Below are positions 37,586-48,242 of a DNA stretch of 64,000 bases, in pieces (the first letter of the stretch is position 1; every line of letters starts with the position of its first letter). Source of the stretch: Polyangiales bacterium (GTDB lineage: Bacteria; Myxococcota_A; Polyangia; Polyangiales; Houyiibacteriaceae); NCBI GenBank assembly GCA_045106895.1, contig JBGCFM010000001.1, forward strand, positions 32,001 to 96,000, in the 5' to 3' direction. The notes under the pieces were generated by a model, which was not told where the DNA came from, ran no database searches, and worked only from the letters and a program-made list of their open reading frames with translations. Made by a program: the position numbers and the translations under genes.

Positions 37586-39070
37586 CTACCCACCTCCAGA
37601 GAATAGGCCGCTGGCGAAGGGCAGGATGCTCTTGAGGTCCTCGTCGTTGAATCGAACCTGGAGACCAAGGAAGAAGTCCGCCTCCGTGTTGAGTGCGTCA
37701 TCCACGCCGGCAGCGATCCAAAGCTTGCTGACGATCTCGAAGGCGGCACGGATACGAAGGCGGGGAAAGCTCTGAATACCGATGGCGAACACGTCCGAGT
37801 TCACCTCGAAGCGGTTATTGAATAGGTGGAGGTCCACGCCCAAGCCACCTGTGTTTTCCATGATGCCGAAGCGGAACGTCGCAACACCGATGCGCTTGGC
37901 GAGCTGCAGCGTGAAAAGAAGTGAGTTGCTCCGCGTCGTGCGAGTTTCGGTGTAGCGAGCGGGCTCCCCTTCGGCGGCGGGGCTTCGCGTCACTGTCGCC
38001 TGCGTCGTGTCGACACGACCACGTGGGTCATCGATGAGCTGGACGAGGAAGTAGCGACCTTCGTTAGGAGCGAGTCGAAGCGAGAAGTAGGTCTTGAAGG
38101 TGTTTGCGAGGAAGTTGTATTCGCTGCGCAGCTCCACAATCGTCTGAAGGCGTCCGATGCCCCCGACGATTCCGTTGAGACCTTCGGCGATTCCTTCGAC
38201 TTCGTCGATGAGCGTGTCGTCGGCGGTGAGTCGGCCCACGGTTCCTTCTCCACGAGCCACGCGGTCGGTGACAACGCGTGCGTCCGCCAGCACGTCCTCG
38301 AGCTGTTCGCTCGCACGACGGATCGAGATGAGCGCGTCATCGACCTCTTCGACGCCGCGTTCCAGGCTTGGGCGCCCTCCTTCCACGATCTCGCGAACGA
38401 CCTCACTCGTTTCATTGATATTCCGAAGCGCAGCGACGAGCTCCGGTCCGCCTGCGGCGGTGGTGGTCTCAATATTCTCGAGAGTCCGCCGAACGACCTG
38501 TTCGTTCTGCTGAATGGTGCGGTTCACCCCTTCGAGGGCTTCGCTAAGATTTTCGAGGGCCGAGCCCATTCGATCGCCGGCTTCGTCGTTGCCAAACTGG
38601 CGAGCGAGCTGCTCGGTGACGGCGCGAATATTCTCCGCGACGTCGTTCACCGTGGCCATCACATCCGCGGCGCCCACAGCCTCCCCCGCAACGGTGATCT
38701 CTGCGCCTTCGGGCAGTGGCGTCCCGCCAGTTGTTCCGGGGTAGATCTCAAGCATCTTCTCACCCAAAAGCGAGACGGATCGGAGTGAGACTCCCGAGTC
38801 CGCGAAGATCGGAACGTCCTCGTCGATGCGCATCGTGACCCGCGCACGGCCATTTTCGAGCGTGATGTCTTCGATGGTGCCGACGGGAATGCCTGCCACC
38901 ACCACCTGAGACTTGCGGATAAGGCCCTGTGCGTCGGCAAAAAGCGCGTAGTACTCAACGCTATCGCCGCCCGCTGCGTCCTCCTGGACGTAACGATAGA
39001 CGGCGAAGACCGCGAAGGCTCCAGCCAACACCATCAGTCCGACGCGTGCGGATCGCCAGGTTTCGCCCAT
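37586..39070 (-). CDS. MlaD/MCE family protein with long helical region and C-terminal beta-rich domain
   Basis: N-terminal TM, ADAQGL..SQVVVAGIPVGTIEDI, SLLGEKMLEIYPG. Confidence 0.88.
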   Translation of the reverse strand: MGETWRSARVGLMVLAGAFAVFAVYRYVQEDAAGGDSVEYYALFADAQGLIRKSQVVVAGIPVGTIEDITLENGRARVTMRIDEDVPIFADSGVSLRSVSLLGEKMLEIYPGTTGGTPLPEGAEITVAGEAVGAADVMATVNDVAENIRAVTEQLARQFGNDEAGDRMGSALENLSEALEGVNRTIQQNEQVVRRTLENIETTTAAGGPELVAALRNINETSEVVREIVEGGRPSLERGVEEVDDALISIRRASEQLEDVLADARVVTDRVARGEGTVGRLTADDTLIDEVEGIAEGLNGIVGGIGRLQTIVELRSEYNFLANTFKTYFSLRLAPNEGRYFLVQLIDDPRGRVDTTQATVTRSPAAEGEPARYTETRTTRSNSLLFTLQLAKRIGVATFRFGIMENTGGLGVDLHLFNNRFEVNSDVFAIGIQSFPRLRIRAAFEIVSKLWIAAGVDDALNTEADFFLGLQVRFNDEDLKSILPFASGLFSGGG

Positions 39071-39204
39071 CGCGGGGCATCATAGGCGGATGTTGAGTGG
39101 ATGGCGACCCAAGGGGCCCGCTTTCTCTCGACGAGGGATCAGAAGGTGAGGAACGACGAATTCGAATCGTTGACCGTCGGCGCGACGATTGGCACCCTCG
39201 TCCA

Positions 39205-39693
39205 GTGAGCGATTCCTCGACGCGCCGCCAAGCTCCCCGCTCGCGCCTATGGCGAGTCCTCGCTCTGACGCTCCTCGGTACGAGCGCCTGTGGCACGGTG
39301 GACCTGGGGGACAACTTCGTTCCGCCGGACTTGATGTTGGACGAGGACTTTTTCTTCTGTCGTATTCAGCCGGAGGTTCTGTCACGCCAGTCCTGCGCAT
39401 CCGGCTCGGCAGCCGACGGCGGAGGATGTCACTCCGCACGGTCCTCGCTGCGGCTGGACCCCGCTGCGGAGACGGAAACCGCGTCTTGCGATGGGGACAC
39501 CCTGATCGGACTCGCGCCGGCGTCATACGAGGCGAACCTCGAGGCGATTCGATTTACGGTTCAGAGCGACCCAGCTTCGAGCCCGCTCTATCGGCGCCCT
39601 CTCAACCTCGACTCTCATCCGAGAGAAATCTTCGACTCCATGAGCCCTGAAGCAAACCTCATCTCCGAGTGGATTCTGATGGGCGGCTCGTGA
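39205..39693 (+). CDS. Lipoprotein with putative atypical c-type heme motif (CX10CH)
   Basis: Lipobox TSAC; IQP..SCASGSAADGGGCH; PASSPL..SHP..ISEWI; start inferred. Confidence 0.6.
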   Translation: MSDSSTRRQAPRSRLWRVLALTLLGTSACGTVDLGDNFVPPDLMLDEDFFFCRIQPEVLSRQSCASGSAADGGGCHSARSSLRLDPAAETETASCDGDTLIGLAPASYEANLEAIRFTVQSDPASSPLYRRPLNLDSHPREIFDSMSPEANLISEWILMGGS

Positions 39694-40448
39694 ACTTCAT
39701 TCGAAGAATTCCAGCCGTCCTCGCCGTGGTGCTCCTCTGCACTTGGAGCGCGAGCGCGAGCGCGGACGACGTGGAGGTGTATGCCCGGGTGGTCGTGGAC
39801 TCGACGCCGCTCCGGAGCGGCCCCGGCCCGCAGTTTCGCCGCGTCGGCATCGCTGTCCGTGGAGACACGATGCTGGTGATTCAGCGCGCTACGACGGGTT
39901 ATTGGTTTCAGGTGGAACGCCCAGATGGGTCGAAAGCCTGGGTCATGGGCGACACCGTCTACAACCACGAAGTCGGTGAACTCGATGACGCGCGGCGATG
40001 GCGCGTCTTCGCGCCCCCTCCCCTCGAAGGAGCGCGGATGGAAATCGCTGTCACCTTCGGCGCCCTCGGTGGCGGCGGGTTCATGGCCGTTCGTCCAACC
40101 ATTCTTGTCGACCCACATTTTGGTTTCGAGATCACCGGCGCCGCCTCGGTAAACCGCGCCGGCCAAATCCTCATCGCCGGCGTTGGCGGAATCGTGAACA
40201 TTTTCCCGAACTGGCCAGTGGTTCCGTACTTGGCCGTCGGGGGCGGCCTCGCCTTCTCCAACCCAAACTCCGACACCTTCTTGCTGGAGAGCGGTCGCAC
40301 CGGCGTGCTCTATGGCGGCGGCGGCCTCCGCTTTGGATTTCGCCACCGGATCACGCTGCGCGTTGATGTTCGCTCCTACGCATTCTTTGAGGCCGACGCC
40401 TACGTATCGGGAGAGGAGTACAGTGGTGGACTCTCTGTTTTCTTCTAG
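39690..40448 (+). CDS. SH3b domain + outer-membrane beta-barrel protein
   Basis: Signal peptide; PLRSGPG..YWFQVERPDGSKAWV; PYLAVGGG, YGGGGLRF, terminal GGLSVFF. Confidence 0.75.
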   Translation: MNFIRRIPAVLAVVLLCTWSASASADDVEVYARVVVDSTPLRSGPGPQFRRVGIAVRGDTMLVIQRATTGYWFQVERPDGSKAWVMGDTVYNHEVGELDDARRWRVFAPPPLEGARMEIAVTFGALGGGGFMAVRPTILVDPHFGFEITGAASVNRAGQILIAGVGGIVNIFPNWPVVPYLAVGGGLAFSNPNSDTFLLESGRTGVLYGGGGLRFGFRHRITLRVDVRSYAFFEADAYVSGEEYSGGLSVFF

Positions 40449-40461
40449 TCTCCTTTGTTCT

Positions 40462-40677
40462 TTGCGCAGAGGCTTTGCCTTGGTCTGCCTGCTTGCCTGC
40501 GCCGCCAGCTCCGGCTGTGTCACCGTGCGTCCGGAGGACAAAGAGTTCTTGGCGCACCCGGCGATGACCTTTGGGTCACGTGGCGAGTCCGACGGCCAAG
40601 AGGCGCATGTTCTTGGGAACCGTGAAGGCAGCTCTGGCGGAAGTGTCGTCCAAGGCGGAGGCTGTGGATGCAACTAG
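40462..40677 (+). CDS. DUF4266-type small lipoprotein
   Basis: GCVTVRPEDKEFLAHPAM...REGSSGG...GGGCGCN; start approximate. Confidence 0.8.
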   Translation: MRRGFALVCLLACAASSGCVTVRPEDKEFLAHPAMTFGSRGESDGQEAHVLGNREGSSGGSVVQGGGCGCN

Positions 40678-41876
40678 CGTCGCGGCTGAGCGCTCTAGCG
40701 ATCGCATTGACATGTTTCAGCGCAGCCCCGACCTTCGCCCAGGTCGTGGTGAACAGCACCACCACGTTTTACCGCGAGTCCGGCGGTGACCTCAATCAGA
40801 CGACGATCAACCCCGCCGTGAACATTCGCGGAACCGTGGCGGACCGTGTGAACATTCGTGCGGGCTGGGAAGCCGACATCGTCTCCGGCGCCTCCGTCGC
40901 GGTGGTCGATGCACCGGCACCCGAAGTCGACGCCGTCAGCAGCGCCACCCAGTGGAATGACTTTCGAAACGTAGTGAGCGGAGGACTCGGAGTCCGAAGC
41001 GACTACGCGACGCTGGACGCGACCTATCGTTACGGAACAGAGAGCGACTACCGCTCCCACAGCTTCACGCTCGCTGCGAGCACCGAGCTTTTTGAGCGCA
41101 ACACCACGTTGGCCGTGAGCTATGGCCGCGGCTTTGACCAGGTCTGCAACCTCGCTCAACCGCGCGCCCAAGAAGCCGTGGACCGCGCACGCTTGCCTGG
41201 CTCGGATGGCTGCTTCGAGAGCGAAGAACGCGAGAGCCTCAAACTGAGTATTCAGACCTTTCAAGGGTCTTGGACACAGGCGTGGGCCCCAGTCTTCGTC
41301 ACCCAACTCTCCCTCCAGGCTCAGGTCTTGGACGGTTACCAAGGAAATCCTTACCGAGCCGTGTGGCTCGGACGCACAGCGGCGCAAGAGAACCACCCGA
41401 ATAGTCGCGCGCGTTACACCGCATCCCTTGGAATGCGCTTTTGGATCACACCTTTCCGTGGCGCTCTTCAGCTCGAAGCGCGCGCGTACCGCGACACGTG
41501 GGATGTCTCTTCTGTAACCGCAGAACTCGGCTATGAACAAAACCTCATTGAGGGAATGAGGCTCCGCGCGCGCGCTCGCTACTACAATCAGACCGGCGCC
41601 GCGTTCTTCTCCAACAACTACGCCCTCGCCCCGCGCGGGCAGTACTTCACCGGCGACCGAGAGCTTTCACCGATGTCGAGTTGGCTCTTCGGAGGCCGAT
41701 TCGAGTTCGAAGTTCCAGCGGGGGACGACGGTCGCGTAGGCATCTTTGGTCGCTTCGCGGTGGTGCTCAAGTTTGACTGGATGAAGTTCGATTTTCGAGA
41801 GTTCGCCTACGGCCGAGTCGCCGTGCCCAACGATCGCGCGATCATGACAACGCTTGGGCTCGAAGCCGGCTTCTAG
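40668..41876 (+). CDS. DUF3570-type outer-membrane beta-barrel protein
   Basis: DIVSGAS..DAVSSAT, ESDYRS, GYQGNPYR, ENHP..RAR, YRDTWDV, TGDRELS; terminal Phe; follows DUF4266. Confidence 0.8.
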   Translation: MQLASRLSALAIALTCFSAAPTFAQVVVNSTTTFYRESGGDLNQTTINPAVNIRGTVADRVNIRAGWEADIVSGASVAVVDAPAPEVDAVSSATQWNDFRNVVSGGLGVRSDYATLDATYRYGTESDYRSHSFTLAASTELFERNTTLAVSYGRGFDQVCNLAQPRAQEAVDRARLPGSDGCFESEERESLKLSIQTFQGSWTQAWAPVFVTQLSLQAQVLDGYQGNPYRAVWLGRTAAQENHPNSRARYTASLGMRFWITPFRGALQLEARAYRDTWDVSSVTAELGYEQNLIEGMRLRARARYYNQTGAAFFSNNYALAPRGQYFTGDRELSPMSSWLFGGRFEFEVPAGDDGRVGIFGRFAVVLKFDWMKFDFREFAYGRVAVPNDRAIMTTLGLEAGF

Positions 41877-41966
41877 GGCATCATCTCCCGACTGTTCCGC
41901 CGAGATCGGCTGAGCGGCCCGGGTGAAGCGCTGGCACGAGGCGGATGGGAGTGATACCCGAAAGCC

Positions 41967-42803
41967 GTGACTCCCGCAGATATCGACGCAACAAGCGCGA
42001 TGGCCCTCGGCGCCGTCCAAGGCCTCACGGAGTTTTTGCCCGTGTCGAGTTCCGGACACGTCGCGATCGGCGCCCTGCTCTTCGAGCTGGAAGAAGCTGG
42101 CCCCTCGCTCAGCATCGTTCTGCATCTCGGAACGCTCATCGCCACCCTTCTCTTGTTTCGCAAAGACGTCGCCGGGCTCTTTGTGGCGACGGGCCGCGCG
42201 GTGGCGAAACCTAGCTCTCTGCGTGACAGCGAAGAGGGGCGGACCTTGGCGCGTATTCTCCTAGCGTCGATTCCCACAGCCGTCATCGGCCTCCTGGTCA
42301 AAGACTACGTCGAAGCATGGGCTCACTTTCCTTGGATCGTCGGTGCGTGCCTTTTGGTTTCCGCCGTGTTGGTACTGACCACACGAAGAAGCGGCGGCGC
42401 CGACAAAGAGGCGAAGAAAGAGCTCTCTCTGCGCGCAGCACTCATCGTTGGCGTCGTTCAGGGCGTCGCGGTTCTGCCTGGGATCAGTCGAAGCGGCGCG
42501 ACCATCGCCGCCGCGATGATGCTCGGCATGGCGGGCGCCAGTGCGTTTCGTTTCTCGTTTCTTCTTTCTCTTCCCGCGGTGGCCGGCGCGGCGCTCTTGC
42601 TCCTTCTGAAGGACAACGCCTTCGCCTCTGTGCCTCCCGCACTCTGGCTTGGGGGACTGGTGGCGTTGGTCGTCGGTCTTCTCTCGCTGGTGCTTCTGCG
42701 AAAGGTCGTCAACGAAGGCAGATTTTGGGCGTTCGCGCTCTACCTTGTGCCTGTCGGCGTCGGCCTCATTGTCTACGACCTGTGGTTTGGAGCGTCTCAA
42801 TGA
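41967..42803 (+). CDS. uppP: Undecaprenyl-diphosphate phosphatase
   Basis: LGAVQGLTEFLPVSSSGH, PGISRSGAT, FSFLLSLP. Confidence 0.96.
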   Translation: MTPADIDATSAMALGAVQGLTEFLPVSSSGHVAIGALLFELEEAGPSLSIVLHLGTLIATLLLFRKDVAGLFVATGRAVAKPSSLRDSEEGRTLARILLASIPTAVIGLLVKDYVEAWAHFPWIVGACLLVSAVLVLTTRRSGGADKEAKKELSLRAALIVGVVQGVAVLPGISRSGATIAAAMMLGMAGASAFRFSFLLSLPAVAGAALLLLLKDNAFASVPPALWLGGLVALVVGLLSLVLLRKVVNEGRFWAFALYLVPVGVGLIVYDLWFGASQ

Positions 42804-43864
42804 GTGTATTTGCTGTGATCATGGCCGGCGGTTCCGGCACTCGTTTCTGGCCCGCTTCTCGGCGCCATCGCCCCAAACAACTCCTGCCGCTCGGCCCCGA
42901 TGACCGAACGCTCTTGCGTGCAACCATCGACCGCATCAGCGACGTCGTGCCCGCCGAGCGAGTTCTCATCGTCACGAGCGCGCTTCTCGCCGACGCCATC
43001 GCAGCGGAGCTTCCGGAGCTTCCCCGCGAGAACATCTTGGAGGAGCCCACGGGTCGTAACACCGCCCCCTGCGTCGCTTGGGCCGCGGCCCACATCCGCC
43101 GGCGCGACCCGGAGGGTTCGATGATGGTCCTCCCGGCGGACCACCATATCGGCGACGAAGACGGGTACCGCGCGGTGCTCCGAAACGCGCTTCGCGCCTG
43201 CGAGAGCGGAGCCCTTGTGACAGTAGGGCTGACGCCGACGCGCCCTGAAACCGGCTATGGCTATCTGGAGCTCGGCGAGGCTGTCGATGAGGGTGTCTTC
43301 GCAGCACGGCGTTTTGTCGAGAAGCCGGACCGGCAGCGCGCGGAGCAGTTCCTCAGCGCGGGGAACTTTCTGTGGAACAGCGGCATGTTCTTCTTCAAGG
43401 CTGCCGCCATCCTTGAAGCGGTGGCCGAGCACTTGCCGGGGCTGGCCTCCGGAATCGACGCCCTCGATGAGGCGGCGAAGTCCGGGGACGAAGCGAGCGT
43501 TGTCGCTTCGACGTATGGAGAGCTCCCCTCCGTATCCATCGACCACGGCGTCATGGAAAAAGCCGCCGTGGTCCACGTGGTGCCCGGGTCTTTCGGCTGG
43601 TCCGATCTCGGTAGCTGGATGAGTGCTTGGGAACTGGGCAACAAGGATGACGCGGACAACGCCGTTCGCGGCGACGCGGTCTTGGTCGATGCACGAGGCA
43701 ATATTGTCGATGTCCCCGCCGGCAAAGTCGTGGCCTTGGTGGGCGTCGAAGGTCTCGTCGTCGTCGATACGGAAGACGCGCTCCTCGTGATGCCTCGGGA
43801 ACGCGCGCAGGACGTCCGAGCTGTCGTTGACGCCCTGAAAGAACGCCAAGACAAACGCTTTTAG
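42800..43864 (+). CDS. manC: Mannose-1-phosphate guanylyltransferase
   Basis: IMAGGSGTRFWPASR..PKQLL, EPTGRNTAP, PADHHI, ETGYGY, FVEKPD, WNSGMF, WSDLGSW. Confidence 0.94.
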   Translation: MSVFAVIMAGGSGTRFWPASRRHRPKQLLPLGPDDRTLLRATIDRISDVVPAERVLIVTSALLADAIAAELPELPRENILEEPTGRNTAPCVAWAAAHIRRRDPEGSMMVLPADHHIGDEDGYRAVLRNALRACESGALVTVGLTPTRPETGYGYLELGEAVDEGVFAARRFVEKPDRQRAEQFLSAGNFLWNSGMFFFKAAAILEAVAEHLPGLASGIDALDEAAKSGDEASVVASTYGELPSVSIDHGVMEKAAVVHVVPGSFGWSDLGSWMSAWELGNKDDADNAVRGDAVLVDARGNIVDVPAGKVVALVGVEGLVVVDTEDALLVMPRERAQDVRAVVDALKERQDKRF

Positions 43865-43897
43865 CGGGTAGCGAGAGAGTGCTAGGGTCCACCCGCG

Positions 43898-45253
43898 ATG
43901 AACCCACATTCTTTCCGTCAGTACGACATCCGCGGCCACGCCGAACGTGATCTAAGCGGGGACTTTCCCCTTGAACTCGGCCGCGCGCTGGGGACTTTCT
44001 GGACACGCGCGGGCCACACGAAGGTCGCTCTCGGGCGCGACTGCCGCGAGAGCTCGCCGCGCTTGCATGAAGCGCTTCTGCGAGGTCTGCTGGAAGCGGG
44101 CCTGGACGTCGTCGACGTGGGTATTGGTCCGACGCCAACGATGTACTTCGCGGTGTTTCACGAAGAGCTCGACGGCGGCGTCATGATCACCGGTAGCCAC
44201 AACGCCGGCCACGACAACGGCTTCAAGATGATGAAGGGCCGAGGCTCTCTCTACGGCGACGACATCCTCACGCTTCGAGAGATGATCGAAAACCGTGACT
44301 ACGACTTGCCCGGCGGCGGAAGCGTTCGCGAGAAGGACATGTTGCCGACGTACCTCGGCTTCCTTCGTGGCAACATCCGCCCGAAGAGCACGTCTCTTCG
44401 TTTTGCGATGGACGCTGGCAACGGCGCCGCGGGACCCACCGCGATCGCCGCGATGAAGGCGCTGGGTTTCGAACCCGTCGAGCTGCTTTGCGAGATGGAC
44501 GGTTCGTTCCCCAATCACCACCCAGATCCAACCGTCGAAAAGAACCTGAAGCTCCTCATCGACACCGTTCGTGAGCTCGACCTGGACTTTGGGGTAGCTT
44601 TCGATGGTGACGGCGACCGAATCGGCGTCGTCGATAGGAACGGAGATGTCCTCTGGGGAGACAAGCTCCTCGCGGTCCTCGCGCGCGACCTCCTCAAGCG
44701 CCGACCCGGCGCGGCGGTCCTCGGCGAGGTGAAGTGCAGTCAGCTTCTCTACGATGACATCGCAGCGCACGGCGGACGCCCCATTCTTTGGAAGACGGGC
44801 CACTCCCTCATCAAGACAAAGATGAAAGAAGAAGGCGCGCTCCTCGCCGGCGAGATGAGCGGACACATTTTCTTCAAGGACCGGTTCTACGGTTTCGATG
44901 ACGCTGTCTACGCGACGGCGCGCCTCGTAGAACTGCTCAGCGACGGCGGCCCACCCCTCGACGAACGTATCGCCGACATGCCGAAAACGGTCATCACTCC
45001 GGAGCTTCGCGTCGACTGCCCCGACGAAAAGAAGTTCGCCGTCGTCGAGGCCGTGCGGGACCATTTTCGACCCACCCATGAGCTCATCGAGATCGACGGG
45101 GCGCGTATTCTCTTCGGAGACGGGGCTTGGGGGCTGGTACGTGCGTCAAACACGGGCCCAGTCCTGGTCATGCGCTTCGAAGCCAATTCACAGGCGGACC
45201 TCGAGGCCAATCGGAAAGCCGTCGAGAGCGTCGTCCAGGCTGCACTCGCGTAG
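43898..45253 (+). CDS. Phosphomannomutase/phosphoglucomutase
   Basis: FRQYDIRG, ITGSHN, FDGDGDR, GEMSGH, VRASNT. Confidence 0.95.
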   Translation: MNPHSFRQYDIRGHAERDLSGDFPLELGRALGTFWTRAGHTKVALGRDCRESSPRLHEALLRGLLEAGLDVVDVGIGPTPTMYFAVFHEELDGGVMITGSHNAGHDNGFKMMKGRGSLYGDDILTLREMIENRDYDLPGGGSVREKDMLPTYLGFLRGNIRPKSTSLRFAMDAGNGAAGPTAIAAMKALGFEPVELLCEMDGSFPNHHPDPTVEKNLKLLIDTVRELDLDFGVAFDGDGDRIGVVDRNGDVLWGDKLLAVLARDLLKRRPGAAVLGEVKCSQLLYDDIAAHGGRPILWKTGHSLIKTKMKEEGALLAGEMSGHIFFKDRFYGFDDAVYATARLVELLSDGGPPLDERIADMPKTVITPELRVDCPDEKKFAVVEAVRDHFRPTHELIEIDGARILFGDGAWGLVRASNTGPVLVMRFEANSQADLEANRKAVESVVQAALA

Positions 45254-45298
45254 TCGAACCGCTCGCGCCCCGCGTTAGAAAGCGGGGACGGGAGCGAG

Positions 45299-46744
45299 CT
45301 ATTCGAAGGTCACGTCGACGGAGGCTTCGAGTCCGTCGGCTCCTTCGGTCCAATCCGAGGGGCCGATGAAGATTCGGCGGGGCGCTTGTCCCGCCGAGTA
45401 GACGAGGAGCTCCACGGGTTCGTCCGCCGGAAGGTCTTCGATGCGGGCGGAGCCGAATCCGATGAGCAAGAAGACACGAGCGCCCGGTGGCGTCGTGATG
45501 ACTCGAATGCTCCCGAGGCCACCGCTTGGTGTCCCCATTCCTTCCCGGGTCAGTCCAGTCTCGCCAAGGTCGATCTGTTCGAAAGCCACGTCCGAGTCAC
45601 CGGTCTGCATCGCAAGTTCGTAGCGAGGAGAATCTCCCCCCTGCCAGACCGCGTCAGACGGGACGACGGCGCGGGTCGGCGAGCGACCATCCGCGACGGC
45701 GACAAATTCGTGTGCGACGCCGCGTGGAAGGTCTTCCGCCACCGCCGGCCCACGACCGACAAAGAAGAGAATCTGCGCCTCCGCCGGCGCCGAGACGATG
45801 AGGTTCCCGTGTGGGCGCGTAGGCGCGGGCTCTACCTCCGCCGGGACCTCCGGCTCTTCGGGAGGCGCGTTTCCTAGGATTCGCGCGACCACGTCCGGCC
45901 GGAGAAGGACCAGCGCAGCAACGCCCGCGGCGATGAGGGCAAGCATGGCCAGCACCGCGAGAATCCCGCCTCGATTGCTCCCGGCGGGGTCTTCGAACTC
46001 ATCGAGTCCTCCCTGATACTGCGGCAGGACGTCCGTCGGTTCTGGCTCGGAGCGTCGAGGTTCGCGTGCGGGCCGCTGGGGCTCCGCGGGCGGCCTTGGA
46101 GCCGCACTTGGTGGGGCCGCGCGTGGTGGCGTGATGGGTCGAGCTTTGGGAGGCCGAACCGTGGCCGAGCGAGTTGAAGCGACAACCTTGGCAAGGGCTT
46201 CGTCGTCCAGCGCGCCGAGACGCATCGTCGGCGCGTTGTCGCTGTCGTATCCGTCGAGGAGCGCGTCCAGGTCGGCGTCGACGGAGTCGGCGCTCGGAAC
46301 CGGGGCCGCCGCCCGGCGATTCTTCGTTTCTTTGAGAAGTCGAGAGAGCACCCGACGCGCCGCAGACCGGTTGAGCGGAACAAGGCTCGCTTCAAGCTCA
46401 TCGCGCAACTTCGAGAGGTCCCAGACTCCGTTGGAAGGCCCTCTCTCAACGAGGCTCAAGAGCACCGGAGGAACCCCCGTACCCGAAGCGACGAGAAGAT
46501 GCGCCAAGATATCGACGACACTTCGTGCCGCCTCTTCGCCACTGGCGCTGTGGGGTGGCGCGTAGACGGCGACGTTCCCCTCGGCGGAGATGCGCGTGTC
46601 TTTGGGGCTCGCCACGGCGGGCCCCTGAGTAAGAAGCGCCTCGCAGATTTCTAAGGCGACGAAGGCCCCGATCTCGAAGGGGAGTCGCCCCTCGCGGTTG
46701 CGGCAACCTTCTACGAAGTCGGCGATGGTGACACCGACGCTCAC
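45299..46744 (-). CDS. Membrane protein: degenerate kinase-like N-terminus, TM, tandem PEGA-like domains
   Basis: [62 protein letters not shown] and [14 protein letters not shown]. Confidence 0.6.
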   Translation of the reverse strand: MSVGVTIADFVEGCRNREGRLPFEIGAFVALEICEALLTQGPAVASPKDTRISAEGNVAVYAPPHSASGEEAARSVVDILAHLLVASGTGVPPVLLSLVERGPSNGVWDLSKLRDELEASLVPLNRSAARRVLSRLLKETKNRRAAAPVPSADSVDADLDALLDGYDSDNAPTMRLGALDDEALAKVVASTRSATVRPPKARPITPPRAAPPSAAPRPPAEPQRPAREPRRSEPEPTDVLPQYQGGLDEFEDPAGSNRGGILAVLAMLALIAAGVAALVLLRPDVVARILGNAPPEEPEVPAEVEPAPTRPHGNLIVSAPAEAQILFFVGRGPAVAEDLPRGVAHEFVAVADGRSPTRAVVPSDAVWQGGDSPRYELAMQTGDSDVAFEQIDLGETGLTREGMGTPSGGLGSIRVITTPPGARVFLLIGFGSARIEDLPADEPVELLVYSAGQAPRRIFIGPSDWTEGADGLEASVDVTFE

Positions 46745-47529
46745 GAACTCACTCCATGGGCAGACTCCATGGCGGGCCGGATCGGAATGCCCCGGGAAGC
46801 GAGATAGGCCTTCGCTTCATGAATCGTAAAGTCACCGTCGTGGAAGATGCTCGCAGCGAGGGCGCCGGAAGCGCCGCCCTCGACGAGGCCCTCGGCCAAA
46901 TGCTCCAAGCGACCCACGCCTCCGGAGGCGATGACGGGGATATCCACCGCGTCGCTCACCGCGCGCGTCAGGCTCAGATCGTAGCCATCCCGGGTGCCGT
47001 CTTGATTCATACTGGTGAGAAGTATCTCACCCGCGCCTGCTCTGGCCACTTTCCGGGCCCATTCGAGTGCATCGAGGCCAGAGTCTTGGCGTCCGCCCCG
47101 GGTGAAAACGCCCCAAGCGCCGCTGTCTCGACGTTTTGCGTCGATGGCGACGACGATCGCCTGGGACCCGTAGAGCTCGGCGGCCTCCTCGATGAGCGCG
47201 GGCCGTGCCACTGCGGCCGAGTTCATGGATACTTTGTCGGCGCCGGCGGCGAGCATCTCGCGCACGTTTGCGACGCTGCGTACACCTCCGCCAACGGTGA
47301 GCGGCACCGCCACCCGACGCGCCGTTCGTTCCACCAGCTCGAAGAGCGTGCGACGTTGCTCATGTGTGGCGCCGATGTCGAGAAAGGTAATCTCATCCGC
47401 CCCGCTTTCGCAGTAGCGCGAGGCGAGCTCCAGGGGATCACCGGCATCGCGCAGCCCAACGAAGTTCACGCCTTTGACGACGCGACCGTTGTTCACGTCG
47501 AGGCAAGGGATGAGCCGCTTTGCTAACAT
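46741..47529 (-). CDS. hisF: Imidazole glycerol phosphate synthase subunit HisF
   Basis: [42 protein letters not shown]. Confidence 0.97.
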   Translation of the reverse strand: MLAKRLIPCLDVNNGRVVKGVNFVGLRDAGDPLELASRYCESGADEITFLDIGATHEQRRTLFELVERTARRVAVPLTVGGGVRSVANVREMLAAGADKVSMNSAAVARPALIEEAAELYGSQAIVVAIDAKRRDSGAWGVFTRGGRQDSGLDALEWARKVARAGAGEILLTSMNQDGTRDGYDLSLTRAVSDAVDIPVIASGGVGRLEHLAEGLVEGGASGALAASIFHDGDFTIHEAKAYLASRGIPIRPAMESAHGVSS

Positions 47530-48242
47530 GAGGTGGCCACGCGAAACGCTTCCTCGAGCGTGAACGCCCCGGAATACAGAGCCTTGCCCACGACGGAAGC
47601 TTGAACGCCGGCTGCGGCGAGGGCGCGAATATCGTCCAGGCGACCGACACCTCCCGACGCGATGACCTGAGTCTTCAGTTCGGATTGCAGCTTCGCGGTC
47701 CCGGCGACGTCGGGTCCTTCCCCGGTGCCGTCGTGCTCGATGTTGGTGAAGAGAATCGCCGCGGCGCCCCAGGCGTCGACCTGAACGGCTACATCGGTAA
47801 CGGATTGGCCGGAACCTTCGAGCCACCCTTCGACGGCGACCTCGCCACCTCGTGCGTCCAATGCGACGACGACGTCGCCCTCTGCACAAAGGGCCTGCAC
47901 CACTGCTGGGGCTTTGATCGCGGCGGTGCCCATGACCACGCGCTCAACGCCGAGCGACCACCAGGCGCGGGCCGCCGAAGCGTCGCGAACGCCGCCCCCG
48001 ACCTGAAGCCGCAGCTTCGTCGACTTGCACATCGCGGCGATGAGTTCGCCGTGCACGGGGCGGCCTTCTTTGGCGCCGTTGAGGTCGACGACGTGCAGGC
48101 GTGTTGCCCCTGCAGACTCTAACGAGCGCGCCATCGCCACCGGGTCATCGCCGTAAATGGTGGAGGCGTCGTAGTCGCCCTTGTGAAGCCGAACAACATG
48201 ACCGTCGAGGATGTCGATGGCGGGGATGAGTTCGAATGTCAT
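47523..48242 (-). CDS. hisA: ProFAR isomerase HisA
   Basis: [46 protein letters not shown]. Confidence 0.95.
   Translation of the reverse strand: MTFELIPAIDILDGHVVRLHKGDYDASTIYGDDPVAMARSLESAGATRLHVVDLNGAKEGRPVHGELIAAMCKSTKLRLQVGGGVRDASAARAWWSLGVERVVMGTAAIKAPAVVQALCAEGDVVVALDARGGEVAVEGWLEGSGQSVTDVAVQVDAWGAAAILFTNIEHDGTGEGPDVAGTAKLQSELKTQVIASGGVGRLDDIRALAAAGVQASVVGKALYSGAFTLEEAFRVATSC

Noticed and set aside
42317..42799. Apparent N-terminal fusions on manC, hisF, hisA and trpC in the ORF track
   Set aside because: The extensions are out-of-frame overlaps with upstream genes; canonical starts sit at stop/start overlaps.
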